Origin: Candidatus Daviesbacteria bacterium
GTDB taxonomy: Bacteria; Patescibacteriota; Microgenomatia; Daviesbacterales; UBA10151
DNA: 64,000 nucleotides
Direction: 5' to 3'
Assembly (NCBI GenBank): GCA_016187025.1
Contig: JACPKM010000001.1
Span: 448,055 to 512,054, forward strand
The position numbers and the translations under genes are program-made. This document shows, piece by piece, positions 27,188-37,333 of this stretch (within the stretch, counting starts at the first letter, position 1; each line of letters begins with the position of its first letter). The notes beneath the pieces are model-generated. The model was not told the origin of the DNA. It searched no databases and saw only the letters and a program-made list of their open reading frames with translations.

Positions 27188-29143
27188 TTAATTAACCGAC
27201 CAAACTTCTACCTCTTGGTTTTCGTATATTTTCTTCAAGCTACTTTTTTCTAAATCGAACTTAGGTTTTAGGACTTTAGGAAAGTATAGATAATTTATTT
27301 TTTTTTCACTCAATAACTCTTTGTTATACAAGCTGTCATCTAGATAAATCTGCTTTTGAATGTTTTGTCTTGGTTGGTATTCATACCCCATAATGTCTAC
27401 CTGTTCTGTGTCTGCAAAAAAGACCCGCCTTTTTGAGAAAGCAGCCACATAGCTTGTGTCAAACCAGTCCCAAATACTTGGAGGAGAAGTTTTTAAGTTT
27501 AAGTACTGGTTATAAGGAGGAGTAAGTAGTACTGAGTTTTTTGGAGTAGACTGTGATATATAGTTTAGCGCTTCAAGCTCTTGTTTTGATATTTTTGAAG
27601 TAGGCGGATTTTTATAAAAATCATAAATTAACCCTACTTGAGTAGGGACTGCAATAGCAATAATTATTGAGGATATTAATACTTTTAAAGCTAAGTTCAG
27701 CCTTTTCAAGAGGGAAGAAACTGTCACTCCGGCAATAATACCCATGAGTAAAAGGAAATATTGTAAAAATTGAATGGTGTTGCTGGCAACGCCTTTTTGT
27801 AAAAATATTAAAGGTAAAATAAGGGAAGTAAGTATGGTAAACAATAGCATCAATAAAAAGTAATCAGCGAAAACTTGCTTAATCTTTTTTATCAAATACC
27901 AAAATCCTAAAAAACGTATACCCAAGTTTCCAAAAAGAAAAATCAAAAATCCAGTTGTCTCTATTTGGATCACTCTTTTCCAATTATTTTCAGCAATATA
28001 GGTTTGTCTTCTTAGCTCTAAATCAAGCCAGTTAAGTTTATCGGTGGATACAATCATCGTTCTGATAAACCACCAAGGTTCATAAATTAAAAAGTTTTGT
28101 GACTGGGAGCTATTTGGTAAATAAAGTAAAGCAGAAAGGAGTCCACTAGGAATCAAAATTTTAAATATGTTTACCCGTTTAGATTTTATCAGCTGCCATA
28201 TTCCTACTAAACCAAGGCTTAGGAAAATAACCACTCCTCCATAAACCTTGAAAACAGGTAAGGTACTGATAAGTAAAATAAGCATCAATGAATTAACCAA
28301 TCTCTGCTCCTTAATGTAAAAGTATAAAAGGATAAAAATTGTTAGAACTAAAATAGAGGCAATAATCTGCGGAGGATTACCAATAGTGCTTTGGATCTGA
28401 GAACTCCAGAAAATACCTTCTCCACCTATGCCTCTGTCTTGAATTATGGTAACTATATATCCAAAACTTCCTGCAAAGTAAGTAAATATTACTGTCCAAA
28501 TACCGGAAGAGAAGGTTTTACCAATTATGCGCCCTAAGCTAAAAGCAGCTGATCCAAGCAGGAAAGAGTATAACAGGGGAAAAAATCTAAAGTACAAATC
28601 AAGCGGATTGAGATCGAAGTACTTGTTAAAAAAAGCAGGAGTAATATCAGAAAAGAAATGGTAATTCACAAGTCTTTCTCCTGCAAAAACTGGATTTTGT
28701 AGTGGGAAACCCCTTTTTATTTCTTCCATTAAAGCAATGTGCCAAGCTCCATCATGTCCATGTGCGCTCCAAAAAACCAAATCATTGCCTAAAGAAATAC
28801 CGCTGGGGGCAATTATAGCCATCTGTCCAGCAATGCCTACTAAAAAGATAAAAAGCAGTATTATAAGCTTGTTTATATTCAGTTCTTTTAAGGCTTTAAT
28901 ATTTTGAAGCAGTTCTTTTCTAGTCAAAAGTAGACTTCCACCTAGTAAAAAGGGTAAAAACGCTATTTTGAGGATTAAGGCGGTATATGAAAGTACAGTA
29001 AATAAAATAAACCCAACTAGGACACTTAAAGTATATTTTTCTACAGGATGAAGATTTAAGTTAGCTTTGCTGAGGATATATAAACCAGGACACAAAAAAA
29101 AGATAAAAGTAACAAATAAGAAAATTAAAAAACCTGCGATCAT
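27188..29143 (-). CDS. GT-C-like polytopic membrane protein, paralog of the C-terminal domain of ORF 20133..23705
   Basis: The protein is 651 aa. Its motif VFWSAHGHDGAWHIALMEEIKRGFPLQNPVFAGERLVNYHFFSDI parallels FWGPNGHDGVWHLALINQLIKNIPPENPVFSGEVLKNYHFFYDLL. Confidence 0.5.
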   Translation of the reverse strand: MIAGFLIFLFVTFIFFLCPGLYILSKANLNLHPVEKYTLSVLVGFILFTVLSYTALILKIAFLPFLLGGSLLLTRKELLQNIKALKELNINKLIILLFIFLVGIAGQMAIIAPSGISLGNDLVFWSAHGHDGAWHIALMEEIKRGFPLQNPVFAGERLVNYHFFSDITPAFFNKYFDLNPLDLYFRFFPLLYSFLLGSAAFSLGRIIGKTFSSGIWTVIFTYFAGSFGYIVTIIQDRGIGGEGIFWSSQIQSTIGNPPQIIASILVLTIFILLYFYIKEQRLVNSLMLILLISTLPVFKVYGGVVIFLSLGLVGIWQLIKSKRVNIFKILIPSGLLSALLYLPNSSQSQNFLIYEPWWFIRTMIVSTDKLNWLDLELRRQTYIAENNWKRVIQIETTGFLIFLFGNLGIRFLGFWYLIKKIKQVFADYFLLMLLFTILTSLILPLIFLQKGVASNTIQFLQYFLLLMGIIAGVTVSSLLKRLNLALKVLISSIIIAIAVPTQVGLIYDFYKNPPTSKISKQELEALNYISQSTPKNSVLLTPPYNQYLNLKTSPPSIWDWFDTSYVAAFSKRRVFFADTEQVDIMGYEYQPRQNIQKQIYLDDSLYNKELLSEKKINYLYFPKVLKPKFDLEKSSLKKIYENQEVEVWSVN

Positions 29144-29285
29144 GACTTATTTTAGCCACTTTATTATTACACGTTCTGATTATGTGCGAAAGCTGCATTT
29201 TTTAAAAGACTAACCTGGTTTGTTATTGAAGATAAGATTTTCAGGTTCTCTTGATTTAATAGCTAATTCAAACTAAGATTTAGAT
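29144..29285. promoter_or_regulatory. AT-rich divergent intergenic region (142 nt) between the minus-strand ORF 27188..29143 and the plus-strand GT2 29286. It is a probable bidirectional promoter region.
   Basis: It is the largest non-coding gap between divergently oriented genes. Several TATAAT-like and TTGA-like hexamers are present. I could not pick out a specific -35/-10 pair with confidence. Confidence 0.3.
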
Positions 29286-30182
29286 GTGGATAAAAAGATT
29301 TCGGTAGTAATTAATACCTTAAATGAGGAAAAGAACTTAGAAAGGGTTCTAAAGTCGGTAAAATGGGCTGATGAGATAGTGGTGGTTGATATGCACTCTC
29401 AGGATAAAACCGTCCAAATTGCCAAAAGCTTTGGGGCTAAAGTGTATAACTGCCAAAAAAGTGACTTTGTAGAGCCGGCCCGTAACTTTGCTATTTCAAA
29501 AGCTTCTAATCAATGGGTAATGATTGTGGATGCAGATGAAGAAATTGGCGATAGGTTAAAAGTTAAATTAAGAGAATTAGTAAATACTGATAACGTAGAA
29601 TACGTTAGAATTCCAAGAAAGAACCTAATCTTTGGGAAATGGATGAAAGCTACTGGTTGGTGGCCAGACTATAATATCCGTTTTTTTAAAAAAGGATTGG
29701 TAGTTTGGTCTGATAAGATTCATATACCTCCCCAATCTCAAGGCCAGGGTGTGGACTTACCCGCAGAAGAGGCGCTTGCCATAATCCATTACCATTATGA
29801 GTCAATGACTCAGTATTTAGAAAGATTAAATAGATACACAACTATACAAGCAAGGGAGATTAACAAAAATGGATACCAATTTAGCTGGTCAGATTTAATC
29901 AAAAAGCCGATGGAGGAGTTTTTAGGTAGGTTCTTTGCTCAAAGAGGATATGAAGATGGTTTGCACGGATTATCTCTTAGTATTTTGCAAGCCTTTTCTT
30001 TTTTTGTAGTTTATCTGAAGCTATGGGAGATGGATAAGTTTACGATACAAGAAATCAAGTTGAAAGAATTGAAAGATCTATCAAACCAGTGTCAAAAGGA
30101 TCTTGATTATTGGTTTAGATACTCAAGACTATCTAAAAACCCCTTAAAAAGATTGGTCCAAAGGATTTCCAACAAGCTATGA
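29286..30182 (+). CDS. GT2 glycosyltransferase (WaaE/KdtX-like subgroup with a 'VKWADEIVVVD' motif). GTG start.
   Basis: The motifs are ISVVINTLNEEKNLERVLKSVKWADEIVVVDMHSQDKT and VDADEE. It has paralogs at 31034 and 43780. Confidence 0.7.
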   Translation: MDKKISVVINTLNEEKNLERVLKSVKWADEIVVVDMHSQDKTVQIAKSFGAKVYNCQKSDFVEPARNFAISKASNQWVMIVDADEEIGDRLKVKLRELVNTDNVEYVRIPRKNLIFGKWMKATGWWPDYNIRFFKKGLVVWSDKIHIPPQSQGQGVDLPAEEALAIIHYHYESMTQYLERLNRYTTIQAREINKNGYQFSWSDLIKKPMEEFLGRFFAQRGYEDGLHGLSLSILQAFSFFVVYLKLWEMDKFTIQEIKLKELKDLSNQCQKDLDYWFRYSRLSKNPLKRLVQRISNKL

Positions 30183-31030
30183 AAAGAGTAGGAGTTATAA
30201 TTCTCAACTATAAAGTTAAAGATTTAACAATAAGCTCTCTTGAGTCAGTGGCAAAATCAACATATAAAGACATTTTGATTTTTGTTGTAGATAATGCATC
30301 AGGCGATGGATTGGGTAAGGAATTGGAGTCAAGAAAAGATGTTAACTTTATCCAAAATACCGAAAATTTAGGTTATGCCGGAGGCAACAATGTAGGTATA
30401 AAAAAGGCAATAGAGGAGGGTGTGGATTATGTTTTTATACTAAACCCTGATGCTACTGTTGATAAAAGAGCAATAGAAATTTTAGTAAATAAGGCCAATG
30501 CGCTAAATGCTGATTTGTTAAACCCCAAGATTTATTTTAGTAATTCAAATAAAATCTGGTTTGCAGGAAAAAAATTTGATAAGGCAAATGTTTTAGGATT
30601 ACATATAGGCATGGATGAAGAAGATCACGGACAATATAGTAAAGATGTAGAAAGTGAAGATATTACAGGAGCAGCATTATTTGTCAAAGCTGAGGTTTTT
30701 AAAAAAATTGGGTATTTTGACGACAGATACTTTTTATATTATGAGGAAAGTGATTTTGGATTTAGAGCAAAAGAAGCAGGGTTTAAAATAATGTATATTC
30801 CAGAGGCTATTGTTTATCATCGTAATGCTCAATCAACCGGTTTGGGTTCTTCCTTGCAAGACTACTATATAACGCGAAATAGAATGTTATTTGCTTCTAA
30901 GTTTCTAAGCCTCAGAACACAATTTGCCTTGATCAGAGAAGCAATTAGAAACTTTAACAAACCAGTTAGAAGACAGGCATTTGTAGATTTTTTACTCAAA
31001 AAATTTGGCAAGGGGAGTTTTGCTATTTAA
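30179..31030 (+). CDS. GT2 glycosyltransferase (rhamnosyltransferase/WbbL-like)
   Basis: The motifs are VGVIILNYKVKDLTISSLESV...VVDNASGDG, YAGGNN and FILNPDA. Confidence 0.7.
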   Translation: MKRVGVIILNYKVKDLTISSLESVAKSTYKDILIFVVDNASGDGLGKELESRKDVNFIQNTENLGYAGGNNVGIKKAIEEGVDYVFILNPDATVDKRAIEILVNKANALNADLLNPKIYFSNSNKIWFAGKKFDKANVLGLHIGMDEEDHGQYSKDVESEDITGAALFVKAEVFKKIGYFDDRYFLYYEESDFGFRAKEAGFKIMYIPEAIVYHRNAQSTGLGSSLQDYYITRNRMLFASKFLSLRTQFALIREAIRNFNKPVRRQAFVDFLLKKFGKGSFAI

Positions 31031-31033
31031 ATT

Positions 31034-31840
31034 ATGCTTTCAGTAATTATTATTGCAAAAAACGAACAAGAGCTAATTAGAGGATGTTTAGAGTCTGTTA
31101 AATGGGCGGATGAGATTGTGGTGGTTGATAATGGCTCAGATGATAAGACAGCGGAAATTGCCCAAAAATATACAAGTAAAGTTTTTAAAATTGATGGATT
31201 AGATTTTGGGCAACTCAGGAATAATGCAATCGAAAAAACTGAAGGTGATTGGGTTTTATATGTAGATGCCGATGAAAGAGTGCTTGCGCCTTTAAAAGAT
31301 GAATTAATTGAAATAACTAAATCATCATCAAAATCAGCCTATGCAGTCTCGCGCAAAAATATCATATTTGGTCAGGAGGTAAGCTATGGACCGTATAAAA
31401 AAGATTGGATGATAAGATTATTTAAGAGAAAAGACTTTGAAACATGGGTTGGAGCAGTGCACGAATACGGGAAATTTAAAGGAGAGCTAGGTTATACAAA
31501 AAATTATTTTTTACATCTTACGCATAGGAATATAGACCATTTTATAAAAAAGAGTTTAGAGTGGTCAAAAATAGATGCAAAGCTTCGTTTAGAAGCTGGA
31601 CACCCCAAGATGGTTAAATGGAGATTTGTGAGAATATTTCTTTCTGAGCTTTACACTCAGGGAGTCCTAAGGAAAGGCTTTTTTTCTGGTACGGTAGGCA
31701 TTATAGATTCTATATTACAAGTCTTTTTCTTTTATATGACTTATGTCCGTTTATGGGAGTTGCAACAACCAAAACCCTTAGATGAGGTTTATAAAGACAT
31801 TGATCAAAAGCTTGTTGAGAATGATTTTAAATACAAATGA
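31034..31840 (+). CDS. GT2 glycosyltransferase (WaaE/KdtX-like; paralog of 29286)
   Basis: The motifs are LSVIIIAKNEQELIRGCLESVKWADEIVVVDNGSDDKT and VDADER. Confidence 0.7.
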   Translation: MLSVIIIAKNEQELIRGCLESVKWADEIVVVDNGSDDKTAEIAQKYTSKVFKIDGLDFGQLRNNAIEKTEGDWVLYVDADERVLAPLKDELIEITKSSSKSAYAVSRKNIIFGQEVSYGPYKKDWMIRLFKRKDFETWVGAVHEYGKFKGELGYTKNYFLHLTHRNIDHFIKKSLEWSKIDAKLRLEAGHPKMVKWRFVRIFLSELYTQGVLRKGFFSGTVGIIDSILQVFFFYMTYVRLWELQQPKPLDEVYKDIDQKLVENDFKYK

Positions 31841-32913
31841 AAATTGCAATATATTCCCCTTACCTAGATACATTTGGTGGTGGAGAAAGATACGTTTTAA
31901 CAGTAGCAGAGGTTTTATCTCAAGACTCACAAGTAGATTTATTATTGGATACGCATTTAGCCGATTTAATCAACCAAGACTATATTACAAAGGCAAATGA
32001 GCGCTTTAGGTTGGATTTGGCTAAAGTTAATCTAGTAAAAGCTCCGATAGGAAAGACAAGCAATTTTTTTACCAGACTCAAATTCTTAAAGCAATATGAT
32101 GTGTTATTTTATCTGACAGATGGTAGTGTTTTTTTATCAACAGCAAAAAGAAACTTTGTTCATATCCAAAGTCCTTTTGAAGGTCAGCCTGCCAAGAATT
32201 TATGGGGTAGAATCAAGCTTTTTGGCTGGGAAAGAGTAATATATAACTCAGAATTTACCAGAAAAAACGCTTCGAAGTTTTGGCCCATTAAAGACGGGGT
32301 AATTTATCCACCTGTTGATACTACTAGTATAAAGCCATTAAAAAAGAAAAAATATGTTCTTTCTGTAGGCCGTTTTTTTGGATATTTAAAAGAAAAAAAG
32401 CATGAGGTTATGATCCAAGTGTTTTCAGATATGTATAAGTCAGGAAAAGTAGACGGATGGAGTTTAAACTTAGCAGGTTCTGCTACTCAAGCAGATTTAA
32501 CTTATGTGGAAAGTCTAAAAAAAACTGCTGCAGGTTTACCAGTGAGCTTCCATCTAAATCTAAATTATCAGGATTTGATAGAGCTTTATGGAGAAAGTAG
32601 TATATATTGGCATGCAATGGGTTACCAAGAATCTGATCCAACAAAAATGGAACACTTCGGAATATCTACAGTTGAAGCTATGGCGGCAGGATGTGTACCG
32701 GTGGTAATAAACAAAGGCGGACAAACAGAAATTGTGACTGATGGTGAAAACGGCTTCTTATGGGAATCCTTGGAAGATTTAAAAAGTAAAACACAAAAAT
32801 TAATTGTTGATGAAAAGCTGCTGAAAAGCTTATCTGAAAACTCATTAAAAAAAGCGCAGGATTTTTCTAAAGAAAACTTTGAACAAGATATTAAAAAGGT
32901 ATTCTATGGCTAA
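31837..32913 (+). CDS. GT4 glycosyltransferase
   Basis: The C-terminal GT4 signature is EHFGISTVEAMAAGCVPVVINKGGQTEIV (E-x7-E type). Confidence 0.75.
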   Translation: MKIAIYSPYLDTFGGGERYVLTVAEVLSQDSQVDLLLDTHLADLINQDYITKANERFRLDLAKVNLVKAPIGKTSNFFTRLKFLKQYDVLFYLTDGSVFLSTAKRNFVHIQSPFEGQPAKNLWGRIKLFGWERVIYNSEFTRKNASKFWPIKDGVIYPPVDTTSIKPLKKKKYVLSVGRFFGYLKEKKHEVMIQVFSDMYKSGKVDGWSLNLAGSATQADLTYVESLKKTAAGLPVSFHLNLNYQDLIELYGESSIYWHAMGYQESDPTKMEHFGISTVEAMAAGCVPVVINKGGQTEIVTDGENGFLWESLEDLKSKTQKLIVDEKLLKSLSENSLKKAQDFSKENFEQDIKKVFYG

Positions 32914-33700
32914 TATTGTTTCCATATTAACTGTTACATATAATAGTGAAGATTGTATTGATCAATACCTTATTTCAGTATCTAATGCCTTACCAAAAAA
33001 TGGGGAGCTAATTATTGTTGATTCCTGCTCAACTGATAAAACCAAAGAAAAACTACTGTTGTTTAAAGATAAGTTTTTAAAAAGTATACAAATAAAACTA
33101 ATCTTCAAAAACGAAAATATTGGTTATGGGAAGGGGAATAATATCGCTGCAAGCTGTGCCAGTGGTAAATACTTATTTATTTTAAATCCGGATACAACCA
33201 TTAGAAAAGATGCGATAGAAAAATTAATTGAGTATTCACAAAACAATCAAAATGTAGGACTGGTAGCACCCAGGATTGTTCAAAACGACGGAATCCTTCA
33301 GCCTTCAGTAAGAAATCTCCCTACCATATGGAATGCGATTAAGGAGTATTACATAGGCATTAAAGATTCCTATGCTCCTTATGCACCTTTAGGGAGCGAA
33401 CCTGTAAAGGTGGAATGCGTAGTAGGTGCAGCAATGCTGATTAAAGCAATGCTTTTTAGACAGCTTAATGGTTTTAATGAAAAATTCTTTATGTACTATG
33501 AGGATTTGGATTTGTGCAGAAGGATTAGAAAGAAGGGCATGAAAATAGTCTATTTACCTGAATCTGAAATTACTCATAAAGTGGGAGGAAGCATTTCTGC
33601 TTTGAAGGAGAAATGGATAAAAGAGAGCGCTAAGATTTATCATGGATCATATATGTGGTTTTTTCTCAGTATGGTTTTGCGGTTAAGACCATTAAAATAA
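32906..33700 (+). CDS. GT2 glycosyltransferase (WbbL-like). The likely start is ATG 32906 (ATGGCTAA overlap); the tracked ORF starts at 32879.
   Basis: The motifs are VSILTVTYNSEDCI...IIVDSCSTDKT, YGKGNN and ILNPDT. Confidence 0.7.
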   Translation: MANIVSILTVTYNSEDCIDQYLISVSNALPKNGELIIVDSCSTDKTKEKLLLFKDKFLKSIQIKLIFKNENIGYGKGNNIAASCASGKYLFILNPDTTIRKDAIEKLIEYSQNNQNVGLVAPRIVQNDGILQPSVRNLPTIWNAIKEYYIGIKDSYAPYAPLGSEPVKVECVVGAAMLIKAMLFRQLNGFNEKFFMYYEDLDLCRRIRKKGMKIVYLPESEITHKVGGSISALKEKWIKESAKIYHGSYMWFFLSMVLRLRPLK

Positions 33701-33704
33701 TTAT

Positions 33705-34934
33705 ATGAACAAAATTGCTTTAATCTTAATTGTGGGGATTTTACTAAGAATCCTTATTGCTGCATCAACGTATCATCCAGATTTGCAAACCTTTAATCTC
33801 GCAGGACAAATAGTAGCATCAGGTCACGTACTGGATATTTATGATTACCTTCAAAACTTGCCAGATAGTCATGAGTGGAAAAACTTAGCATTATTTAACT
33901 ACCCTCCAGCAATATATATTTTCCATGGAAGCTTCAATTTTATCTTTTCGAGTATTTTTTATCTTTGGCAGGTAAATTATTTCTTAATGGATGTCATAAC
34001 AAATTATGGAAACATTAATTTTAACCTACATTTGCTTTTGCTCAAGATTCCGTACTTAATATTTGATTTGCTAGCAGCATTTTTTATAATAAAATTGTTT
34101 GATAACAAAAAAGATAAACTGATAGCTTTTGGGTTGTGGATGTTTAATCCTATAAACCTCTATGCAACTTACATGATGGGACAGTTTGATATCATACCAA
34201 CTTCTTTAATGGTTCTTGCATTAGTTTTTGCATCCAAGAATAAGCTACCTACTGCAGCTTTCTTTCTAGGGTTTGGTATAGCTTTTAAGGTTTTTCCAAT
34301 ATTTTTGCTACCAATTTTTATATTGATGACAAACAGATGGCTAGATAGAGCAAAGATTGGTTTGATTGCATTTATTCCTTATTTAATTTCTGTAGTTCCT
34401 TTTATATCTTCTTCCGGCTTTAGGACAAATGCTTTATTTGCTGACCAAGGGTCAAAAAGTTTGTATTCTACCTTGGCTGTTTCAGGAGGGGAGCGGATTT
34501 TTCTGTTTCCTTTATTTTTACTGGCATTTTATTTGATTTTGCTGAAAAAAGGAGTCAACAAAGAAGTGTTAAACTCTAAGTCGTTAATTGCATTTTTGTT
34601 ATTTTTTATCTTTACCCACTTTCATCCGCAATGGTTATTGTGGATAACCCCATTTTTAATTATTTGTTTAGTTAGAGAAAAGACTAAGAATTTAATACAG
34701 ATTTTAATTCTATTAATATCATATCTTATTTCACTTTTTTTCTTTGAATCATCGTTAACAGTTAATTTGTTTGCTCCTCTACTTCCGTTTCTAAAGAATT
34801 TACCAGGAATCTGGGAGATTTTAAACATCAACATTGACATAAACTATTCAAGAAGTATTACACAAACTATTTTTGCTGCAGCTTCTTTGTACTTAATTTA
34901 TATACATTTCCCATCAAAAGATGCTAAAGATTAA
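33705..34934 (+). CDS. GT-C-like polytopic membrane protein with an 'HPD' motif (paralog of 25302..26528)
   Basis: The motifs are YHPDLQTF, LLKIPYLIFDLLAAF, FNPINLY and GFGIAFKVFPIFLLPIF. Confidence 0.45.
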   Translation: MNKIALILIVGILLRILIAASTYHPDLQTFNLAGQIVASGHVLDIYDYLQNLPDSHEWKNLALFNYPPAIYIFHGSFNFIFSSIFYLWQVNYFLMDVITNYGNINFNLHLLLLKIPYLIFDLLAAFFIIKLFDNKKDKLIAFGLWMFNPINLYATYMMGQFDIIPTSLMVLALVFASKNKLPTAAFFLGFGIAFKVFPIFLLPIFILMTNRWLDRAKIGLIAFIPYLISVVPFISSSGFRTNALFADQGSKSLYSTLAVSGGERIFLFPLFLLAFYLILLKKGVNKEVLNSKSLIAFLLFFIFTHFHPQWLLWITPFLIICLVREKTKNLIQILILLISYLISLFFFESSLTVNLFAPLLPFLKNLPGIWEILNINIDINYSRSITQTIFAAASLYLIYIHFPSKDAKD

Positions 34935-36405
34935 CTTTAAAGTAGCCTTCCTGTTTCTATTTTCTACAATTATTTTGTGGAGTTTGTTGACATATAAGCT
35001 AACAGACGTCCCACCTGCAATCAACGGAGATGAGGTGCATATAGGTTACAATGCTACTCTCATTGCCGACACAGCCTATGATCAAAATGGAAAATTTATG
35101 CCCATATTTGTAAGTGATGAGGGTAAAACTGATTGGAAGCAACCAATTACCCTTTACTCAACAGTTACAGCTTTTAAGATATTTGGACCTTCATTTTTTA
35201 TTTTAAGAGCAGTCAGTGTCCTCTTTACTTTAGTTAGCTGTCTATTATTATTTTTGCTTGTAAAGAATATGTTGAATATAAAAACTGCAATAGTTGCAGT
35301 AGTTATATTTGTTACCTCACCGATAGTAATGATTCAATCTCATCTAGCCCTAGAAAATATTGCACCAGTGCCATTTATCATTTTTTCATTGTTAATGTTT
35401 GTAAAGTACCTGAAGAGTCTAAATACTAAACTTCTAATTTTTGCTGGGATGAGTCTTGGTATAAGTTTTTACTCTTACTTGGGTATGAGATTGATTGCAC
35501 CTATGCTGGGAATGCTTTTGCTGGCATTTATAGTTTATTTACACAAAAAAGAGGGGAGAGGGAAAATAATTAAACCCTTACTTTTTTTTATTCTGGGCAC
35601 ATTACCTTTTGTTATCTTAATTCCAATTTTGAAACAGATGTATCCTGGAGCAATTTTGGCTGAAAACCGCCCTCAATCGATTTCTTCTTACCAGCAATTT
35701 TTACTGCCTTTTTTGTCTATTTATGATCTGAGCTTTCTATACTTAAAAGGTGATGCAACCCTATATCATTCAACAGGAAAGCATGGAATATTACTCCTTG
35801 CTTCACTACCCTTGTTTTTAATCGGTGCTTATAAAAGTATTTTAGATAGAAGTAAGCTTTTAATATTTTTGCTTATCTCTTTTTTTATTTTACCCGTTCT
35901 TTATGGCTTAACAGATTCGATATATAGAGGTAGCCGCATATTAGCAATTATTCCGCTTTATTCAATTATTTCAGCGTATGGATTTATAGCTTTTAGTAAA
36001 TATCAAGCGAAGCTACGAAAGTATGTTTTAGTAATTTTTATAGTTTTTTTCTTTGTGAATTATTTTGACTTTTTAAGTTACTACTGGGGAGATTATGCAA
36101 ATAGATCAAGATTAGTTTTTGATGGTGGCGCATATCCTGCATATAAAAATCTATACTTTCTCTCTAAGAAAATGAACATTAAGCCTTTTGTTGAGATTGG
36201 TGTTTATGGCGAAGAGACCCTAGCTTCTAGCTTTTTTGACAGGGTCTATTTTAATAATAGATTAAATAAAATAGAAAGATATACAAAACTACCTGAGCCG
36301 GGTATTGTATTAGTTCACGATAGTGATATGCAAAAGTACATAGATTTAGGCTTTAAAGAAATGCCTTCTGATTTTCCTTATTATAAACTTATGTGGCAAA
36401 ATTAA
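34921..36405 (+). CDS. GT39/GT83-family GT-C membrane glycosyltransferase
   Basis: The protein is 494 aa. The loop-1 motif is DVPPAINGDEVHIGYNATLIA...GKFMPIF. Confidence 0.6.
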   Translation: MLKINFKVAFLFLFSTIILWSLLTYKLTDVPPAINGDEVHIGYNATLIADTAYDQNGKFMPIFVSDEGKTDWKQPITLYSTVTAFKIFGPSFFILRAVSVLFTLVSCLLLFLLVKNMLNIKTAIVAVVIFVTSPIVMIQSHLALENIAPVPFIIFSLLMFVKYLKSLNTKLLIFAGMSLGISFYSYLGMRLIAPMLGMLLLAFIVYLHKKEGRGKIIKPLLFFILGTLPFVILIPILKQMYPGAILAENRPQSISSYQQFLLPFLSIYDLSFLYLKGDATLYHSTGKHGILLLASLPLFLIGAYKSILDRSKLLIFLLISFFILPVLYGLTDSIYRGSRILAIIPLYSIISAYGFIAFSKYQAKLRKYVLVIFIVFFFVNYFDFLSYYWGDYANRSRLVFDGGAYPAYKNLYFLSKKMNIKPFVEIGVYGEETLASSFFDRVYFNNRLNKIERYTKLPEPGIVLVHDSDMQKYIDLGFKEMPSDFPYYKLMWQN

Positions 36406-36409
36406 TAAA

Positions 36410-37333
36410 ATGCAAAGTTTGATACTTTATTTAGCTTTAGCTCTAGCAGTTTATAAAGGAGCAAAAATATTTAATAACGAAAGGAATTTTCAATTCTTTT
36501 CTGTTATTTCTATACTGCTTTCTCCTGTTTTAATCTATTTTGTTAAGTTATCTCAAATACCCAGTACTTTGATCTTATCCATAGCGGTAATTGCAACCAT
36601 TATATTAATGAATGCAAAGGTGCATTATTCAGCAGTTTTTGCATTAATAGTAATTTCTTACTTATATTATCCACTGAGTCCACTAATATTTATTCCACTG
36701 ATATTAATAAGTCTTGTGTTTTTTCAAGGAAAAGACTCCTTGAAAAGTAAGTTTGTTTTTTTGGGAATTGTTTTGCTTGTATCAATAGCCTCGTTAATTG
36801 TTTACTACCAAAGGGATAGTAATGGATTTAAAAATCTATTCTCCATTTATAATCATATAGGAATTATTAATGGGGTTAATGCCTCAAGAGGGATGGGGAT
36901 TGAAAATGGTTGGCCACTATTTTTGGAAAAAATATTTTTCAATCAGTCATGGTATATTGTCTCAGGGTTTTTTACATGGCTTTCTAATATTTCTATATAT
37001 AAATTCTTTGGACTTGATTATACTTATTCGAAAGATTTTTTAGAAAATCTTACCCTTTTTCCCAGAGTATTCATAATTCCATTCTTACTGGGGCTAGTAT
37101 CTATTATTAGAAGTAACATAAAAAAAAGCTGGTTATTACCAATCTTTTCTTTTATACCTCTATTACCATTTATGTTCGTTTATCCCTCAATACCAAAATT
37201 AAGTTACCTCCCCTCCCTTCCCTTTATTGCTTTTATTGTGTCGTTTGGTTTTATTTCTTTAAATAAATATCTTAGAATTTTAATATTGTTTTTTGCCTTT
37301 TTGGAGGCGTTGATAACATTAATTTATGTATAA
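36410..37333 (+). CDS. Hypothetical polytopic membrane protein
   Basis: The protein is 307 aa with about 8 predicted TM helices. It has no recognisable motif. It lies inside the GT-C array. Confidence 0.4.
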   Translation: MQSLILYLALALAVYKGAKIFNNERNFQFFSVISILLSPVLIYFVKLSQIPSTLILSIAVIATIILMNAKVHYSAVFALIVISYLYYPLSPLIFIPLILISLVFFQGKDSLKSKFVFLGIVLLVSIASLIVYYQRDSNGFKNLFSIYNHIGIINGVNASRGMGIENGWPLFLEKIFFNQSWYIVSGFFTWLSNISIYKFFGLDYTYSKDFLENLTLFPRVFIIPFLLGLVSIIRSNIKKSWLLPIFSFIPLLPFMFVYPSIPKLSYLPSLPFIAFIVSFGFISLNKYLRILILFFAFLEALITLIYV

